Notes: generated by a model from the letters alone, not told the origin. A stretch of DNA of 64,000 nt from Scyliorhinus canicula (GCF_902713615.1 NW_024055497.1:1396420-1460419); one strand, 5' to 3'. Shown: positions 37,690 through 51,475, numbered from the stretch's first letter. Program-made: numbers and translations.

Positions 37690-38400
37690 AAATCCACTGG
37701 AGAAAATGGAACATCTTGTGAGGGGGGTGGAGATGGAGGGAGATGTTGATGACAAAACCATTGATGGGGGAAGGGTGAAACCTGTTGAGAGTGAAGATTG
37801 TGGAAATTGGAGACATATGGGTTTATCAGGGGTATCAAGTGCACACCATTTACATGGTGGAGCAGGCCCAAGAGTTGTCCTGCATCACAGTTTGGTCTGG
37901 CAACAGCTCGGTCCAAATCACAAGAAACTGCAGAGTGTGATGAACTCAGCCCAACGCATCACACAAGCTTGCCACCCCCACACTGATTCTGTCTACACCT
38001 CCAGCTGCCTCAGGAAGGCAGACAGCATCATCAGAGACCCGTCCCACCCAGGCATTGCCTTCTTCCAGATACTTCCATCAGACAGAAGTCTGAAGACCTG
38101 CATATCCAGACGTAGGAACAGCTTCTTAACCACAGCTGCAAGACTCCTCAACGACACCCTTCAGAGTGATCTGTTCCCTGTGAGAACACTATTCATGACG
38201 CCCTATGCTGCTTTTGCTCATGTGTTTGCTTTGTTTGCCCCCTTGTTCCACACTGTAACTAATCACTGTTTGTCGATGTACAATTTGTGAATCTTCTCTG
38301 TTGATTATTCTTTTGTCTACTATGTATGTACTGTGTACGTTCCCTCGGTCGCAGAAAAATACTTTTCACTTTGGTACATGTGACAATAAATCAAATCAAA
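37690..38400 (+). mobile_element. Rex1/Babar-clade LINE 3' fragment
   Basis: KKLQSVMNSAQRIT...YTSSCLRKADSIIRDPSHPG...RRRNSFLTTAARLLN; tail GTGACAATAAATCAAATCAAA. Confidence 0.8.
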
Positions 38401-38989
38401 AATATGCCCTTGTAACATTCCATATATAAAATATTTGACTTACATTCTGCCTGTTCTACGCACCAACAGTATTCACACAGCTCCCTTGGACCTTAGGCTG
38501 CTCCCAGACACTCCATGCTGGTCCCCAACATATAATGTCAATATCCCCTCCCCTCACAGTCAGAAGCATATTGCCCTCACCATCATTGCCCACTCAGGTC
38601 ACTCTCATCAAACTTCCTCCCCAACTCAGTCAGAAGCCCTTCACTCAACTCCACCCCCCTCCCCATCTCACTCAGGTTCCTCTCTTCAGACCTCCTTCCC
38701 CACTCACTCCAACTACCCCTGCTCACTAACAATCTACTTTCCCCAACCTCCCCTCTGCATACTCAGTCCCTGCGGCTGTGATCATTTCGATCCGAAACAT
38801 TAATTGTTTCTCTCCTCAGAAGCTGAAAGACCCGCTCATTCATCCACATTTTGTGTCTTTCCGATTTCCAGCATCCGCAGTATTTTGCTCTAATTTGAAC
38901 CTTCAGACCTCCTCCCACCCAGTCAGCTCAGTAGAATGTCCTCCAGCTGTTTTGTTTGGTGTTGTCACCATCCGGGTCACTAGAACCCT

Positions 38990-39340
38990 GAGGCCCCGCC
39001 CACTAGTCCGCCCAAATCCGCGCATGCGCTCCGCTGCCCGCAGAAACAAGATGGCGGCCATTAACTCGGGCCTGTTCCCGGGAAAAAGCCCTGGAGCATA
39101 AAGCAGGAGACCGGCAGGCTCCTGTCGGTGCTTGCAGCCTGCACCAGGTGTTTATGAAGTCTCCGCTCCTTCCCCAACCGAACACCCGACTCCATTCCTC
39201 CCTCCGCCCCAGCGACCCTCACCTGTCAAAAAAAGCCTCTCCCACACTTGCAGGGCTCGGAGTAAAGTGACACTGCGCATGCTCCAGATACAGCATTGCG
39301 CCTGCGTACTGGGCTCCTGTGGAGTGATCAGGGCAGATTC
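38990..39340. promoter_or_regulatory. ZF promoter cassette P6
   Basis: TGCGCATGC at 39274, CGCGCATGCGC at 39019, AAGATGGCGG at 39048; upstream of ZF-D. Confidence 0.7.
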
Positions 39341-39704
39341 ACAAACGCTGGGTATGTTGGGTAATAACAGCATCATTGAAACTCCGAATAGGTAGTCGAA
39401 GATATATTTTGTTGACTCGTTTAAATAAAACGCAAATTCGTGCAAATGGGTGTTGTGATATGTTCTATTTCCCAAAGTGATTTAAATGGCTGTTCTAAAC
39501 AAAAGCAAATTGCTGCAATCTGAAACTAAAAGAGAAAATGTTGGAAAATCTCAGCAGGTCTGGCAGCATCTGTAAGGAGAAAAAAGGGCCCAGATACCTC
39601 TTTGTCAAAGCTAACAGCCATTGAAAGTGGGAAATACTTATACTGTAGGGTGAGAGAATGAAAGATGAGTCATAGCCACAGAAACCAAGGGAAAAGAGAG
39701 CTAA

Positions 39705-40020
39705 ACACAGCTCCAGGGTCCCAGGTTCGATTCCCGGCTGGGTCACTGTCTGTGTGGAGTCTGCACGTCCTCCCCCTGTGTGCTCCGGTTTCCTCCGGGT
39801 GCTCCGGTTTCCTCCCACAGTCCAAAGATGTGCGGGTTAGGTGGATTGGCCATGCTAAATTGCCCGTAGTGTCCTAATAAAAGTAAGGTTAAGGGGGGGG
39901 TTGTTGGGTTACGGGTATAGGGTGGATACGTGGGTTTGAGTAGGGCGATCATGGCTCGGCACAACATTGAGGGCCGAAGGTCCTGTTCTGTGCTGTACTG
40001 TTCTATGTTCTATGTTCTAA
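39705..40020 (+). mobile_element. HE1-like SINE with (TTCTATG)n tail
   Basis: Tail nearly identical to the CR1 tail at 9200-9262. Confidence 0.9.
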
Positions 40021-40074
40021 AATGTGCAGGTCAGGTGGATTGGTTATGCTAAATTACCCCTTAGTGTCCAAAAG

Positions 40075-40300
40075 GTTAGTCGGGTTTATTGTCACATGTA
40101 CCAAGGTACAGTGAAAAGTATTTTTCTGCGAGCAGCTCAACAGATCATTAAGTACATGAAAAGAAAAGGAAATAAAAGAAAATACATAATACGGTAACAT
40201 AAAGTACACAATGTAACTACATAAACACCGGCATCAGATGAAGCATACAGGGGTGTAGTGTTACTGAGGTCAGTCCATAAGAGGGTCGTTTAGGAGTCTG
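40075..40300 (-). mobile_element. Rex1-type 3' UTR fragment
   Basis: Reverse complement of the 38340-38395 tail. Confidence 0.7.
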
Positions 40301-40429
40301 GTAACAGCGGGAAAGGGGGGATCAGATAGTGGGACAGAGTGGGGGGAAATATATGTAAAGAAAGACAAATAAATAAAAGGTAAAAGACAGTTCAAATGAA
40401 ATGGAATGAAAATAAAGGGGTCAAGGTGG

Positions 40430-41545
40430 GCTCGAGCTAATCATCTGAAGTTGTTGAATTCAATGTTGAGACCGGAACGCTGTAGCCGTAGCGTGCCCAA
40501 CTGGAAGATGAGATGCTGTTCCTCCAGTTTGCTTTGAGCTTCGCTGGAACATTGCAGCAGGCCAAGGACAGGCATGTGGGCATGGGAACACGGTCTTGTG
40601 TTAAAATGGCAATCAACGGAAAGGTCAGGGACTTGAATGCGCACAGAGTGAAGATCTACATTTGGTCTCTCTGACATAGAGGAGACCACATTGGAAGCAG
40701 TGAATGCAATAGACCAAATTGAAAGAGGTGCATGTGAAACGCTGCTTAAACCTGGAATTAATGTTTTGGGCCTGGGATGTTAAGCATGTAAGAGGTAAAA
40801 GGGCAAGTGTTGCACCTTCTGCGATTGCATGGGAAGGTGCCATAGGTGATGGGAGAGATGGGTATTGTGGAGGAGTGGACTAGATTATCTTGGAGGGAAC
40901 GGTCTTTGTGGAATGCTGACAGAGGGAGTGATGGGAAGATGTGTTTGGTGGTGACATCATGTTGAAGTTGGCGAAAATGGCAGAGGATTATGCTTTGTAT
41001 ACGGAGGGTGGTGGGGTGAAATGTGAGAATGAGGGGGATTCTATCCTTGTTCTTGGAGGGAGGGGACGGGGCGAGGGTAGTGGTGTGGAGATGGACCGCG
41101 CACTGTTGAGGGCCCTGTCTACAGCTGTAGGTGATGAATCATGGTTGAGGAAGAAGGAACACATTTGAAGCACCACTTTGGTAAGTGGCATCATCGGAAC
41201 AAATGCGACAGAGGCGGAGGAGCTGAGAGAAAGGGAGGGAGTCCTTACAGGGTGTAGGGTGTGAAGATAGCTGTGGGAGTCAGTGGGATTGTAATAGATA
41301 TTAGTAGATAGTCTATTGCCAGAAATGGAGCTAGCAAGGTCAAGGAAGGGAAGGGAGGGGAGGAGTCTAAGATGGACCAGTTGAAAGTGACGAAGCGGTG
41401 GAAACTGGAAGCAAAGTTGATGAATATTTTCCAGTTCCGGACGACAGCATAAATCAGCACCAAAATAGTCATCAATGTACCGGTAAAGGGGTTATGGGAG
41501 GTGACCCGGGTAGGCCTGGAACAAGGAATGTTCCACATACCCCAA
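40430..41545 (-). mobile_element. Second Penelope-like element (degenerate RT and GIY-YIG)
   Basis: RYIDDYFGA at about 41460-41485; FTCTSFNLVYCIHC.QCGLLYV.ETK; KLEEQHLIFQLGTL...GLNIEFNNFR*. Confidence 0.85.
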
Positions 41546-41559
41546 TGCGCCAACCTGCC

Positions 41560-41875
41560 GCCCCGGAATTCAATTTAATAATAATCTTTATTATTGTCAT
41601 AAGTAGGCTAACATCAACACTGCAATGAAGTGACTGTGAAAATCCCCTAGTTGCCACATTCTGGTGCCTGTTTAGGTACACAGATGGAGAGTTCAGAATG
41701 TCCAATTCAACCCACAAGCATGTCTTTCAGGAATTATGGGAGGAAACTGGAGCACCTGGAGGAAACCCAGACAGCTACAGAGAGAATATGCAGACTCCGC
41801 ACAGACCAGTGACCGAAGCTGGGAATCGAACCTGGGACCCTGGCGCTGTGAACAGTGTTAACTGCTGTGCTGCAA
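41560..41875 (-). mobile_element. Chimeric SINE (HE1 head, family-C tail)
   Basis: Same structure as 24907-25620 and 50880-51180. Confidence 0.75.
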
Positions 41876-42439
41876 ACATTGAGAGATAATGAATTTCAGA
41901 GTGAAAACAAGACAAGGGAATGAACTATAAATAGAATGATACTGAGAACATCGAGCAACAGAGAGGCATTGGAGTCCCTATCCACAGGTAGCTGGATAGA
42001 TCGATCAGGCAGCCAAGAATCCTTTCTTGGATGAGGCCTGGAATATAAAAGCAAGGAGATTATGCGAGAAGCATGCTGGTCACTGCATTAATGTACTGAG
42101 TCATGATTCATTAATTAGTATAAACCTGAATCAATTTGATTATTTATATAATTGCAGTTAGTGTTTTGTTGATCAAATCAAGAGGATAAAGTTGAAGCTG
42201 AATGACAAGTGATTGGAGCAGTGAAAAAGTCTGAATTCTTCAGTCAGTTAAAATCCAATCTGTTTAGGTAATAAGATTGAAGAAAATCATTTCAGTTAAT
42301 TCCTGATAAAAATAACGTGACTTCAGGCAAATGGAATGAGCTGATTGGTGAGTGGTTGATGAATCTTTATTTATTTTAACCTCCAGTTTATTGTTGCTTC
42401 AGTCAGTTAATAATGGAATAAATAAAGGCAAAATCAGGC

Positions 42440-42723
42440 CATCCCAGTCCTGCGGCAATGACAGGGTATCCCAGTCCTGTGGCAATGACAGGCCATCCCA
42501 GCCCTGTGGCAATGACAGGGCATCCCAGTCCCTTGGCAATGACAGGCCATCCCAGTCCTGCGGCAATGACAGGGCATCCCAGTCCTGTGGCAATGACAGG
42601 GCATCCCAGTCCTGTGGCAATGACAGGGCATCCCAGTCCTGTGGCAATGACAGGCCATCCCAGTCCTGTGGCAATGACAGGCCATCCCAGTCCTGTGGCA
42701 ATGACAGGCCATCCCAGTCCTGA
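42440..42723. repeat. 27-bp minisatellite (10.5 copies)
   Basis: CATCCCAGTCCTGTGGCAATGACAGG(G/C) units every 27 bp from 42440 to 42710. Confidence 0.97.
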
Positions 42724-42947
42724 GGAGAGCACATCCTGGTCACGGCATTCATCAATTATAAAGTGAGACGATTCATTAATTATCACAAAACTGAAATAAT
42801 CTGATCATCGTTCAGAGAATTACAGTTTGCGGTCCGTTAATCAAATCCAGGGAATAAAGATGAAGTTGGCATTGTAAGAGTAAAGACGTCTGAATTTTTA
42901 GTCAATTAATCATTTGAGGGGTTTAGATATTAACAATTAACAAAAAC

Positions 42948-43170
42948 GGGTGGCATGATGGCACACTGGTTAGCACTGCTGCCTGAAGGCGCTGAGGACC
43001 TGGTTTCGTTCCCAGCCCAGGATCACTGTCCGAGTGGAGTTTGCACATTCTCCCTGTGTTTGCGTGTGTCTTACCCCTACAACCCAAAGATGAGCAGGGT
43101 CGGTGAATTGGTCATGCTAAATTGTCCCTTAATTTAAAAAAAAGAATTGGATACTTTAAATTTATTTTTT
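42948..43170 (+). mobile_element. Short HE1-like SINE
   Basis: Family head and A-rich tail. Confidence 0.8.
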
Positions 43171-43604
43171 AAAAACAATTATCAAAACATTTTCAGTTAA
43201 TTCCGTATAAAAGGTGACTTCAGCTCAACGGAAGAAACTGATTGGTGAGAAGCTGATGAATCTTTATTTGTTTTAATCTTAAATTTATTTTGCTTAAGTC
43301 AAATAATCAAATAATTAAAGACCTGGCCGTGTATTCCAGTCCTGCTCCACGTGGGAAAACCAGGATACTTCTCATGTCCAGAACAATCACAAGTGCAGGA
43401 AGTGACATCGCTGGAGCATCAGGAAGCAAAGGGCAATGGTCAAGAGGTATGTTTGTGATTGGTGGAGTATTTCCAGTGGGATTCTAGATTTCCCAGGACA
43501 CGATTCCATGCTTCTTGAGTTCTATATCAATGCTTTAGACTTTAACGTGGGGACAGGATTAAGTTATTTACGGTCCTCTTTTTGGCAGTGAGAAAGAAAG
43601 CTGC

Positions 43605-44147
43605 AGACTTTTATTATTCATTTATGGGATGTGGACTTCACTGGTTGGGCCAGCATTTATTGCCCATCCCTAGATGCCCTTCAGAACGTGGCGGGGAGTT
43701 TCCTTCTTGAACCGCTGCAGTCCTTCAGGTCTAGGTACACCCACTGTGCTGTTAGGAAGAGAGTTCCAGGATTTTATCCCAGTGACAGCGAAGGAACGGT
43801 GATATATTTCCCAGTCGGGGTGGTGAGTGACTTGGAGGGGAGCCTCCAGCTGGTGGGGTTCCCAGTGATCTACTGCTCTTGGCCTTCGAGATGGCGGTGG
43901 TCATGGGTTTGGAAGGTGCTGAATAAGGAACATTGGTCAGTTACTGCAGTGCATCTTGTAGACGGTACACATGGCTGCCACTGTTCATCGGTGATAGATG
44001 GTTTGAATGTTTGTGGAAGGGGGAGCAATCAAGCGGGCTGCTTTGTCCTGGATGCTGTTGAGCTTCTTGAGTGTTGTTGGAGCTGCACTCATCCAGGCAA
44101 CTGGAGAGTATTCCATTATACTCCTGACTTGTGCATTGCAGGCTTTG

Positions 44148-44178
<31 letters not shown>

Positions 44179-45120
44179 GGGGTTCAGGAGATGAGTTACC
44201 CTTCGTAGGATTCCTAGTCTTTGACCTTTCCTGGTAACCACAGTATTAATATGCCTCATCCAGTTAATTTTTTGATCAATGGCACCCCCCAGGATGTTGA
44301 TTGTGAGGAATTCAGCAATGGTAATATCATTCAACGTCAAGGGACGATTGTTAGATCCTCTCTTGGAAGATATGGTGATTGCCTGACACTTGTGTGGCAC
44401 GAATGTAACTTGCCACTTCTCAGCCCAAGCCTGGATATTGTCTAGGTCTTGCTGCATTTGGACATGGACTGCTTCATTATCTGAGGGTTGGCGAATGATT
44501 CTGAACACTGTGCAGTCATCCGCAAACATCCCCACTTCTGACCTTATGATGAAGGCAGGTCATTGATGAAGCAGCTGAAGATGGTTGGGCCGAAGACACT
44601 ACCTTGAGGAATGCCTGCAGTGATGTCTGTGCGGAGTCTGCACGTCCTCCCTGTGTGTGCGTGGGTTTCCTCCGGGTGCTCCGGTTTCCTCCCACAGTCC
44701 AAAGATGTGCGGGTTAGGTGGATTGGCCATGATAAATTGCCCGTAGTGTCCTAAAAGTAAGGTTAAGGAGGGGGTGGGGTTGTTGGGTTACCGGTATAGG
44801 GTGGATAAGGGTTTGAGTAGGGTGATCATTGCTCGGCACAACATCGACGGCCGAAGGGCCTGTTCTGTGCTGTACTGTTCTATGTTCTATGTCCTGGAGC
44901 TGAAATGGTTGGCCTCTAATCACCACAACCATCTTTCTTTGTGCCAGGTACGACTCCAACCAGCGGAGAGTTTTCCCCTGATTCCCAGTGAGTCCAGATT
45001 AGCTAGGGCTCCTGGATGCCATACTCGGTCAAATGCTGCCTTGATGTCAAGGGCAGACACTCTCACCTCACCTCTGGCATTCAGCGCTTTTGTCCATGTT
45101 TGAACCAAGGCTGTAATGAC
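43605..45120 (-). mobile_element. CR1/L2-group LINE of a second subfamily, with a SINE inserted at 44625-44890
   Basis: VSALDIKAAFDRVWH, MFADDCTVF, QQDLDNIQAWAEKWQVTF; 3' tail GGGATGGGCAATAAATGCTGGCCC, shared with the DeuSINE copies. Confidence 0.85.
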
Positions 45121-45179
45121 AGCAGGAAGACATCAATAGACTGATCAGCGGGCCAGAAAAGTAGCAAACAGGTCAATCC

Positions 45180-46080
45180 AGAGAAACGTGGGATAATAAA
45201 TACATTTGTGGTGGAAAAACACGGCAATGGGAAAGAATATGAATGGTATGATAGTGAGGTGAGAGGGACAAAGGGGCATTAGAGTGCATGTCCACAGATC
45301 CCTGAAGGTGACAGGAGAGGTAGATACGGTGATTGGAAAGGCAGAGAGGATTCTTTGTTATTCACGGGGACACAGTACTAGAGCAGGGAATATTCCCGAC
45401 AATTTCTATTGGAGGAAAGACCTGAAACCCCTCTCTCCACAGATGCTGCCAGAGCTGCTGAGTACTTCCAGCATTTTCTGTGTTTCTAATAAGATCAGGG
45501 AGGTTATACTGGAGGTGTCCAAAACACTAGTTAAACCACAGCTTCATTACTGAGTAAAGTTCTGGGCACCACATTACAGGAAGGATGTGTTCATCCCAAA
45601 GAGAATGCAGAGGAGATTGACGAGGATGTTGACACAAATAGAGAATTTAAACAATGAGGAAAGATTGGAGAGGCCGAGGTGGTTTTCTGCGGAACAGAGA
45701 ATGCTGAGGAGAGATTAACTGAGGTATTTAACATTCTGAGGGGCCCGGATAGAATGGATAAGAAGGATCTATTTCATTAACAGATCAATAACCAAGGGGT
45801 TTAGATTTAAAGTAATTAGCAGAAGATTGCGAGTGGAAGGGGGAAATCATTTCAGTGGTAGGAGTCTAGAACTCACTGTCCGATAGGGTCACAGAGGCAG
45901 AAATCCTGATCACTTTCAAATTCTCTTGAAATATCCAATTGAAATATCCTCTTGGATATCCAATTGAAGGACTGGGACATACAGGGCAATCGACTGAGAT
46001 CTGCAAAATAGGATTAAGCTGAATAGCTCCACTTCAGCCAGCACACACACAATGGGCCAAATGGCCTCTATCTGTACCAG
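45180..46080 (+). mobile_element. Old degenerate CR1 3' half
   Basis: VHRSLKVTGEVD, KTLVKPQLHY motifs. Confidence 0.65.
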
Positions 46081-46269
46081 AGCTTTGAGGTTTTTACTCT
46101 GATCGTTGGAGTTTGTTTCTGATGAAAATAACCTCGAAGAGACTGGAGTTTAACATCCTGGATATTGGTGAAACAAATCAGCTGTTTTAAACACGTTGTA
46201 GATTTTTGTCTTACCCGCCTGAGTGTTTAGTATCACCTGGCTGGAGCTCAGAAAGGACAATCTCACCTC

Positions 46270-46610
46270 ATAGAATCAGAGAATTTACAGTGCAGGAGGA
46301 GGCCATTCAGTCCATTGAGTCTGTACCAGCCCTGGGAAAGAGCATTCTACTTAAGCCCATGCCTCCACCCTATCCCCACAACCCAGCAACCCCACCTAAT
46401 CTTTTTGGACACTCAGGGCAATTTAGCACAGTCAAACCACCTAACCTGCACATCTTTGGACTGTGGGAGGAAAGCGGATCACCCGAAAGAAACCCACGCA
46501 GACACGGGGAGAACTTCCAGACTCTGCACAGACAATGACCAAGACGGATATCGAACCCTGGTCCCAGGTGCTGTGAATCAATGGTGCTACCCACTGTGCT
46601 ACCGTGCCGC
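46270..46610 (-). mobile_element. HE1-like SINE
   Basis: Reverse-complement family match. Confidence 0.88.
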
Positions 46611-47213
46611 CCTTGCATCCAAGCTCCCGGATTGTCTGTCTTCTCTCCGAGGGACAGTACCTGAAGAGACAGAAATGTTGACAATATCCGTGGACACAGG
46701 GTAGTTGGCTGATCAGTAGCTCAGTGGGAATAGGGTCGATGGGCCAGGAGCTGGGTCTCATGGACAAGATGAGCTCTCAGAGGGCAGGAGAGAAGGTGGG
46801 AGAGAAACTAGAGAAAGATGTGGGTTCAGGGCTTGGGAAAGGATGTAATTTAGAGACATTTTGGTCCGGTGGGCTCGTGGAAGGGAGGGAAGCAGCAGAG
46901 GCAGCTGATCGGATTGACTCAATCTCAGTCACAAAGAATCTCCACAAGCTCCTCACACTTCTTGTTGGAGGTGAGGATGGAAGAGATGGGGAGAGCGAGA
47001 GTACTTCAAAAGAAACTAACTTGTGTCAGAGATATCAAAAAGTTTCAACACACTGCAGATTTAACACAAATCTAATTTATTTGATTTTTAGCCAGAATAT
47101 TAGCCCCTGTAAATGGGCTGGCGTTTGTTATCAGCAGAAAAGACCCAAATGAATATGGCTCAGTCCTGAATGTGAGTAACAGCAAAATCCAATCACTGTG
47201 GTTACTTGTGGCT

Positions 47214-48491
47214 TCATTGGTGTCTCAGCAGGTTGGATGACTGAGTGAATCCCTTCCCACTCTCTAAGCAGGTGAATGGTCTCTCCCCAGTGTGAATCCG
47301 CTGGTGACTCAGCAGGTTGGATGACTGAGTGAATCTCTTCCCACACTCGGAGCAGGTGAATGGTCTCTCCCCAGTGTGAACTCGCTGGTGTCTCAGCAGG
47401 TGGGATGAAGTGGCAAAACCCTTCCCACACTCGGAGCAGGTGAATGGTCTCTCCCTAGTGTGAACTTGCTGGTGACTCAGCAGGTTGGATGAGTGACTGA
47501 ATCTCTTCCCACACTTTGAGCAGGTGAATGGCCTCTCCCCAGTGTGAACTCGCTGGTGACTCACCAGGTTGAATGACTGAGTGAATCCCTTTCCACACTC
47601 GGAGCAGGTGAATGGCCTCTCCCCAGTGTGAATTATCTGGTGACTCAGCAGGTGGGATGACTTAGTGAAACCCTTCCCACACTCTAAGCAGGTGAATGGT
47701 CTCTCGCCAGTGTGAATTCGCTGGTGCATCAGCAGGTTGGATGAGTGACTGAATCTCTTCCCACACTTGGGGCAGGTGAATGGTCTCTCCCCAGTGTGAA
47801 CTCGCTGGTGTTTCCGCAGTGTGGATGACTCAGTGAAACCCTTCCCACACTTGGAGCAGGTGAATGGTTTCTCCCCAGTGTGAATTCGCTGGTGACTCAG
47901 CAGGTTGGTTGAGTGAGTGAATCCCTTCCCACACTCGGAGCAGGTGAACGATCTCTCCCCAGTGTGACTTTGCTGGTGTCTCAGCAGGGCCGATGACCGA
48001 ATGAATCCCTTCCCACACTTGGAGCAGGCGAATGGCCTCTCCCCAGTATGAATTTGCTGATGTACAGCGAGATCAGCTGATCGTCTGAACCCAGTCCCGC
48101 AGTCAGAGCACCTAAACGGTTTCTCGTCAGTGTGAACACGTTGATGGCACATTAGTTCCCCAGAACGTTTATAGCACTTCCCGCAATCTGGACATTGAAA
48201 CGGTCTCTCATCAGTGTGAACTCGCTGGTGACTCAGCAGGGTGGATGACTGAGTGAATCCTTTCCCACACTTGGAGCAGGTGAATGGTCTCTCCCCAGTG
48301 TGACTGCGTTGATGAGTTTCCAGCCTGGATGGGTAAGTGAATCCTTTGCCACAGTCCACACATTTCCACGGTTTCTCCTCAGTGTGACTGCATTTGTGGC
48401 TTGTGAGGCCTGATGATTGACTAAATCCTCGTCCACACACACAACACGTGTACGGTTTCTCCCCACTGTGAATGATGCTTTTTCCTTCCAT
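47214..48491 (-). CDS. C2H2 poly-zinc-finger protein ZF-E (425 aa, 14 intact fingers plus a truncated 15th)
   Basis: Open frame from ATCATGG ([12 protein letters not shown]). The last finger has C>S and a CGA>TGA stop relative to ZF-C's HQRGHK*. Acceptor CAG|G at 48600/48599. Confidence 0.88.
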   Translation of the reverse strand: MEGKSIIHSGEKPYTCCVCGRGFSQSSGLTSHKCSHTEEKPWKCVDCGKGFTYPSRLETHQRSHTGERPFTCSKCGKGFTQSSTLLSHQRVHTDERPFQCPDCGKCYKRSGELMCHQRVHTDEKPFRCSDCGTGFRRSADLAVHQQIHTGERPFACSKCGKGFIRSSALLRHQQSHTGERSFTCSECGKGFTHSTNLLSHQRIHTGEKPFTCSKCGKGFTESSTLRKHQRVHTGERPFTCPKCGKRFSHSSNLLMHQRIHTGERPFTCLECGKGFTKSSHLLSHQIIHTGERPFTCSECGKGFTQSFNLVSHQRVHTGERPFTCSKCGKRFSHSSNLLSHQQVHTRERPFTCSECGKGFATSSHLLRHQRVHTGERPFTCSECGKRFTQSSNLLSHQRIHTGERPFTCLESGKGFTQSSNLLRHQ

Positions 48492-48660
48492 GATCAAAAT
48501 CTGCTGATATTTAGGATATGATAAATTGAGGACTCTGTCAGATCCTGATGTGATGCTTGGTTTGAGTTTCTGGACTTTGAAGCCTCCCCTTCGAACACCC
48601 TGTGAAACTGATTTAAAACAGAAAATAGGGAGTGAGAGAGAACCCAGAAAAACACAAAGG

Positions 48661-48883
48661 CGGGCAGCACGGTGGCACAGTGTGTTAGCCCTGCTGCCTC
48701 ACGGCTCCGAGGTCCCAGGTTCGATCTTGGCCCCGGGTCACTGTCCATGTGGAGTTTGCACATTCTCCCTGTGTTTGCGTCGGTTTCACCCCCACAAACC
48801 AAATATGTGCAGGATAGGTGGACTGGCCATGCTAAATTGCCCCTTAATTGGAAAAACTGAATTGGATAATCTAAATTTATTTT
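48661..48883 (+). mobile_element. Short HE1-like SINE with target-site duplication
   Basis: AGAAAAACACAAA at 48646 and 48884; the paralogous site at about 14598 is empty. Confidence 0.9.
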
Positions 48884-49124
48884 AGAAAAACACAAAAGCA
48901 GGTTGTGAAATTGAACTGAATGAATATGGTCATTTGTGGGGCCGGTTCTGGGAAAAAGTGACCATGAAAACTGCTGGATTGTCACAAAAACCCAACTGGC
49001 CTCTTTGGGAGGAGAGAGAAAGAGGTGAAGAGGGAATTTGTATATCTACAAGACATATTAAGAGAGTTGATGGCAAAGCAAATTCGATCTTGAGCTTCAT
49101 AAACAGTAACATTGATACCAAAAC

Positions 49125-51475
49125 TATGCTTCTGGTGGAACGGTAGTTAGCACTGCTGCCTCACAGCGCCAGGGACCCGGGTTCAATTCTGGCCTTGGTG
49201 ACTGTCTGTGTGGAGTTTGCACTTTCTCCCCGTGTCTGCGTGGGTTTCCACTAACAGTCCAAAGAAGGGAAAGTTAGGTGGATTGGCCTTGATAAATTGC
49301 CCCTCAGTGTCCAGGGATGTGCAGGTTAGATGGGGCTATGGGGGTTCCAGGGACAGGGTAGGGATGTGGGCCTAGGCAGGGTGCCCTTTCAGAGAATCGG
49401 TGCAGACTTGATGGGACGAATGGCCCCCTTTTGCACTGCAGGAATTCTACAGTTCTAATTCTATTCTATGAATCTTTATAAAGCTCTGGTCACCACTGTT
49501 CAGGAAGGATGTGAAGGTTCTTGGAGAAGGTGCAGAGGAGATTTACCAGAATGGTTCCAGCAAAGGAGGTTGAGGGGAGATTTGATTCAGGTCTACAAGA
49601 TTACGCCAGATTTCCATCGGGTGGACAAAGAAACTCTGTTTCCATTCACTGATCGTACAAGCAGCCGGGACACAGATTTAAAGTTTTGGGTAAAACCTGG
49701 ATTGAACGATATGATGTCCTGAGGGGTCTTGACAGGGTGGATGTGGAGAGGATGTTTCTCTTGTGGGAGAATCTGGAACAAGGGGGTCACTGTTGCAAAG
49801 TGAGTTGTCACCCATTTCAGATGGGGATAAGGATTTTTTTTTCTCTTGAGGGTTGCAAGACAGGGGGTGGCATAGTGCTTAGCACCGCTGACTCACAGCA
49901 CCAGGGACCCGGGTTCAATTCTCCCCCTGACTGTGTGGAGTTTGCACTTTCTCCGTGTGTTTGTGTGGGTTTCCTCCGGGTTCTCCGGTTTCCTCCCACA
50001 GTTCAAAGATGTGCAGGTTAGGTTGAATTGTTTTGGATTGTATTCGCTGGAGTTCAGAAGAATGAGGGGGATCTCATAGAAACCTATAAAAAGTGGGTGG
50101 CACGGTGGCTCAGTGGTTAGCACTGCTGCCTCATGGCGCCGAGGACCCGGGTTCAATCCGGGTCACGGTCTTTGTGGAGTTTGCACATTCTCCCTGTGTT
50201 TGCGTGGGTCTCACCCCCACAAATCCAATGATGTGCAGGGTAGGTAGATTGGCCACGTTAAAACTGCACCTTAATTGCAAAAAAAAATTGGTCACTCTAA
50301 ATTTATGTTAAAAGAAAAACAGGGTGAGACAGAGTAGATTCAGGAAGGATGTTCCCGATAGTGGTGTCCAGAAATAGGGGTCACAGTCTGATGATACCAG
50401 GTAGACCATTTAGGACAGAGATGAGGAGACATTTCTTCACCCAGAGAGCGGTGAGCCTGTGGAATTTGTCGCCACAGGAACTAATTGAGGCCAAAACATT
50501 GCATGTTTTCAAGAAGTAGTTAGATACAGCACTGAGGGTGAAGGGGATCAAAGGATATGGGGGGAAAGCGGGATTCGGCTATTGAGCCTAATCAGCTCTG
50601 ATCTTAATGAATGGTGGAGCAGGCTCGAAGGGCCAAATGGTCTCCTCCTGCTTCTATTTTCTACGTTGCTCCGTATCTGTGCATGTAAATGGTCCAGGAG
50701 GTATGAGGAAGAATGTTTTTACACAGCCAGTGGCAATGACCTTAAACTTGCTGCCAAGGACAGTGTTTGGAAATAGACACAATAAATTATTTTTTTAAAA
50801 ATTGGATAGAAACCTGAGAGAAATAAACCTGTGAAGATACAGAGACAGAGCAGGAGAATGACTCTGACTGGATTGCTCCAGATAATAATAATCTTTATTA
50901 GTGTCACATGTAAGCTTACATTAACACTGCAATGACGTTACTGTGAAAATCCCCAAGTCGTAACACTCCGGCACCTGTTCAGGTACAGAGCGAGAATTCA
51001 GAATATCCAATTAACCGGACAAGCACGTCTTTCGGGACTTGTGGAAGGAAACCGCAGCACCCGGAGGAAACCCACAACACACACGGGGAGAACGTGCACA
51101 GACCGCAGACAGTGACCCAAGCCAGGAATCAAACCTGGGTCCCTGGTGCTGTGAAGCAACAGTGCTAACCACCTCGCCGACCAGAGAGCTAGCATGGACT
51201 CAATGGACCGAATGCCCTTCTCTGCCCATAATGACTGACATTTTTGTTTTTTTTAATTTTTAAAAATAGATTTAGAGTACCGAATTCATTTTTTCCAATT
51301 AAAGGGCAATTTAGCATGGTCAGTCCACCTAACCTGCACATCTTTGGGCTTTGGAGGCAAAACCCATGCAAACAATGTGGAAACTCCACATGGACAGTGA
51401 CCCAGAGCCGGGATCAAACCTGGGACCTCGGTGCTGTTAGGCAGCAGTGCTACTCACTGCGCCACCGTGCTGCCA
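49125..51475. mobile_element. Patchwork of at least five SINEs and CR1 3' fragments
   Basis: SINEs at 49125-49470 (+), 49863-50020 (+), 50095-50310 (+), 50880-51180 (-), 51260-51475 (-); CR1 at 49468-49860 and 50320-50660. Confidence 0.8.

Noticed and set aside
42352-42786. Repetitive ORFs in several frames
   Set aside because: They result from a stop-free 27-bp minisatellite; there are no splice signals or domain.
44151-44183. Long poly-G/C runs (also about 29107-29165, 15933-15948, 1622-1637) as functional G4 elements
   Set aside because: They are homopolymers within decayed repeats, their length is unreliable in assemblies, and there is no supporting context.
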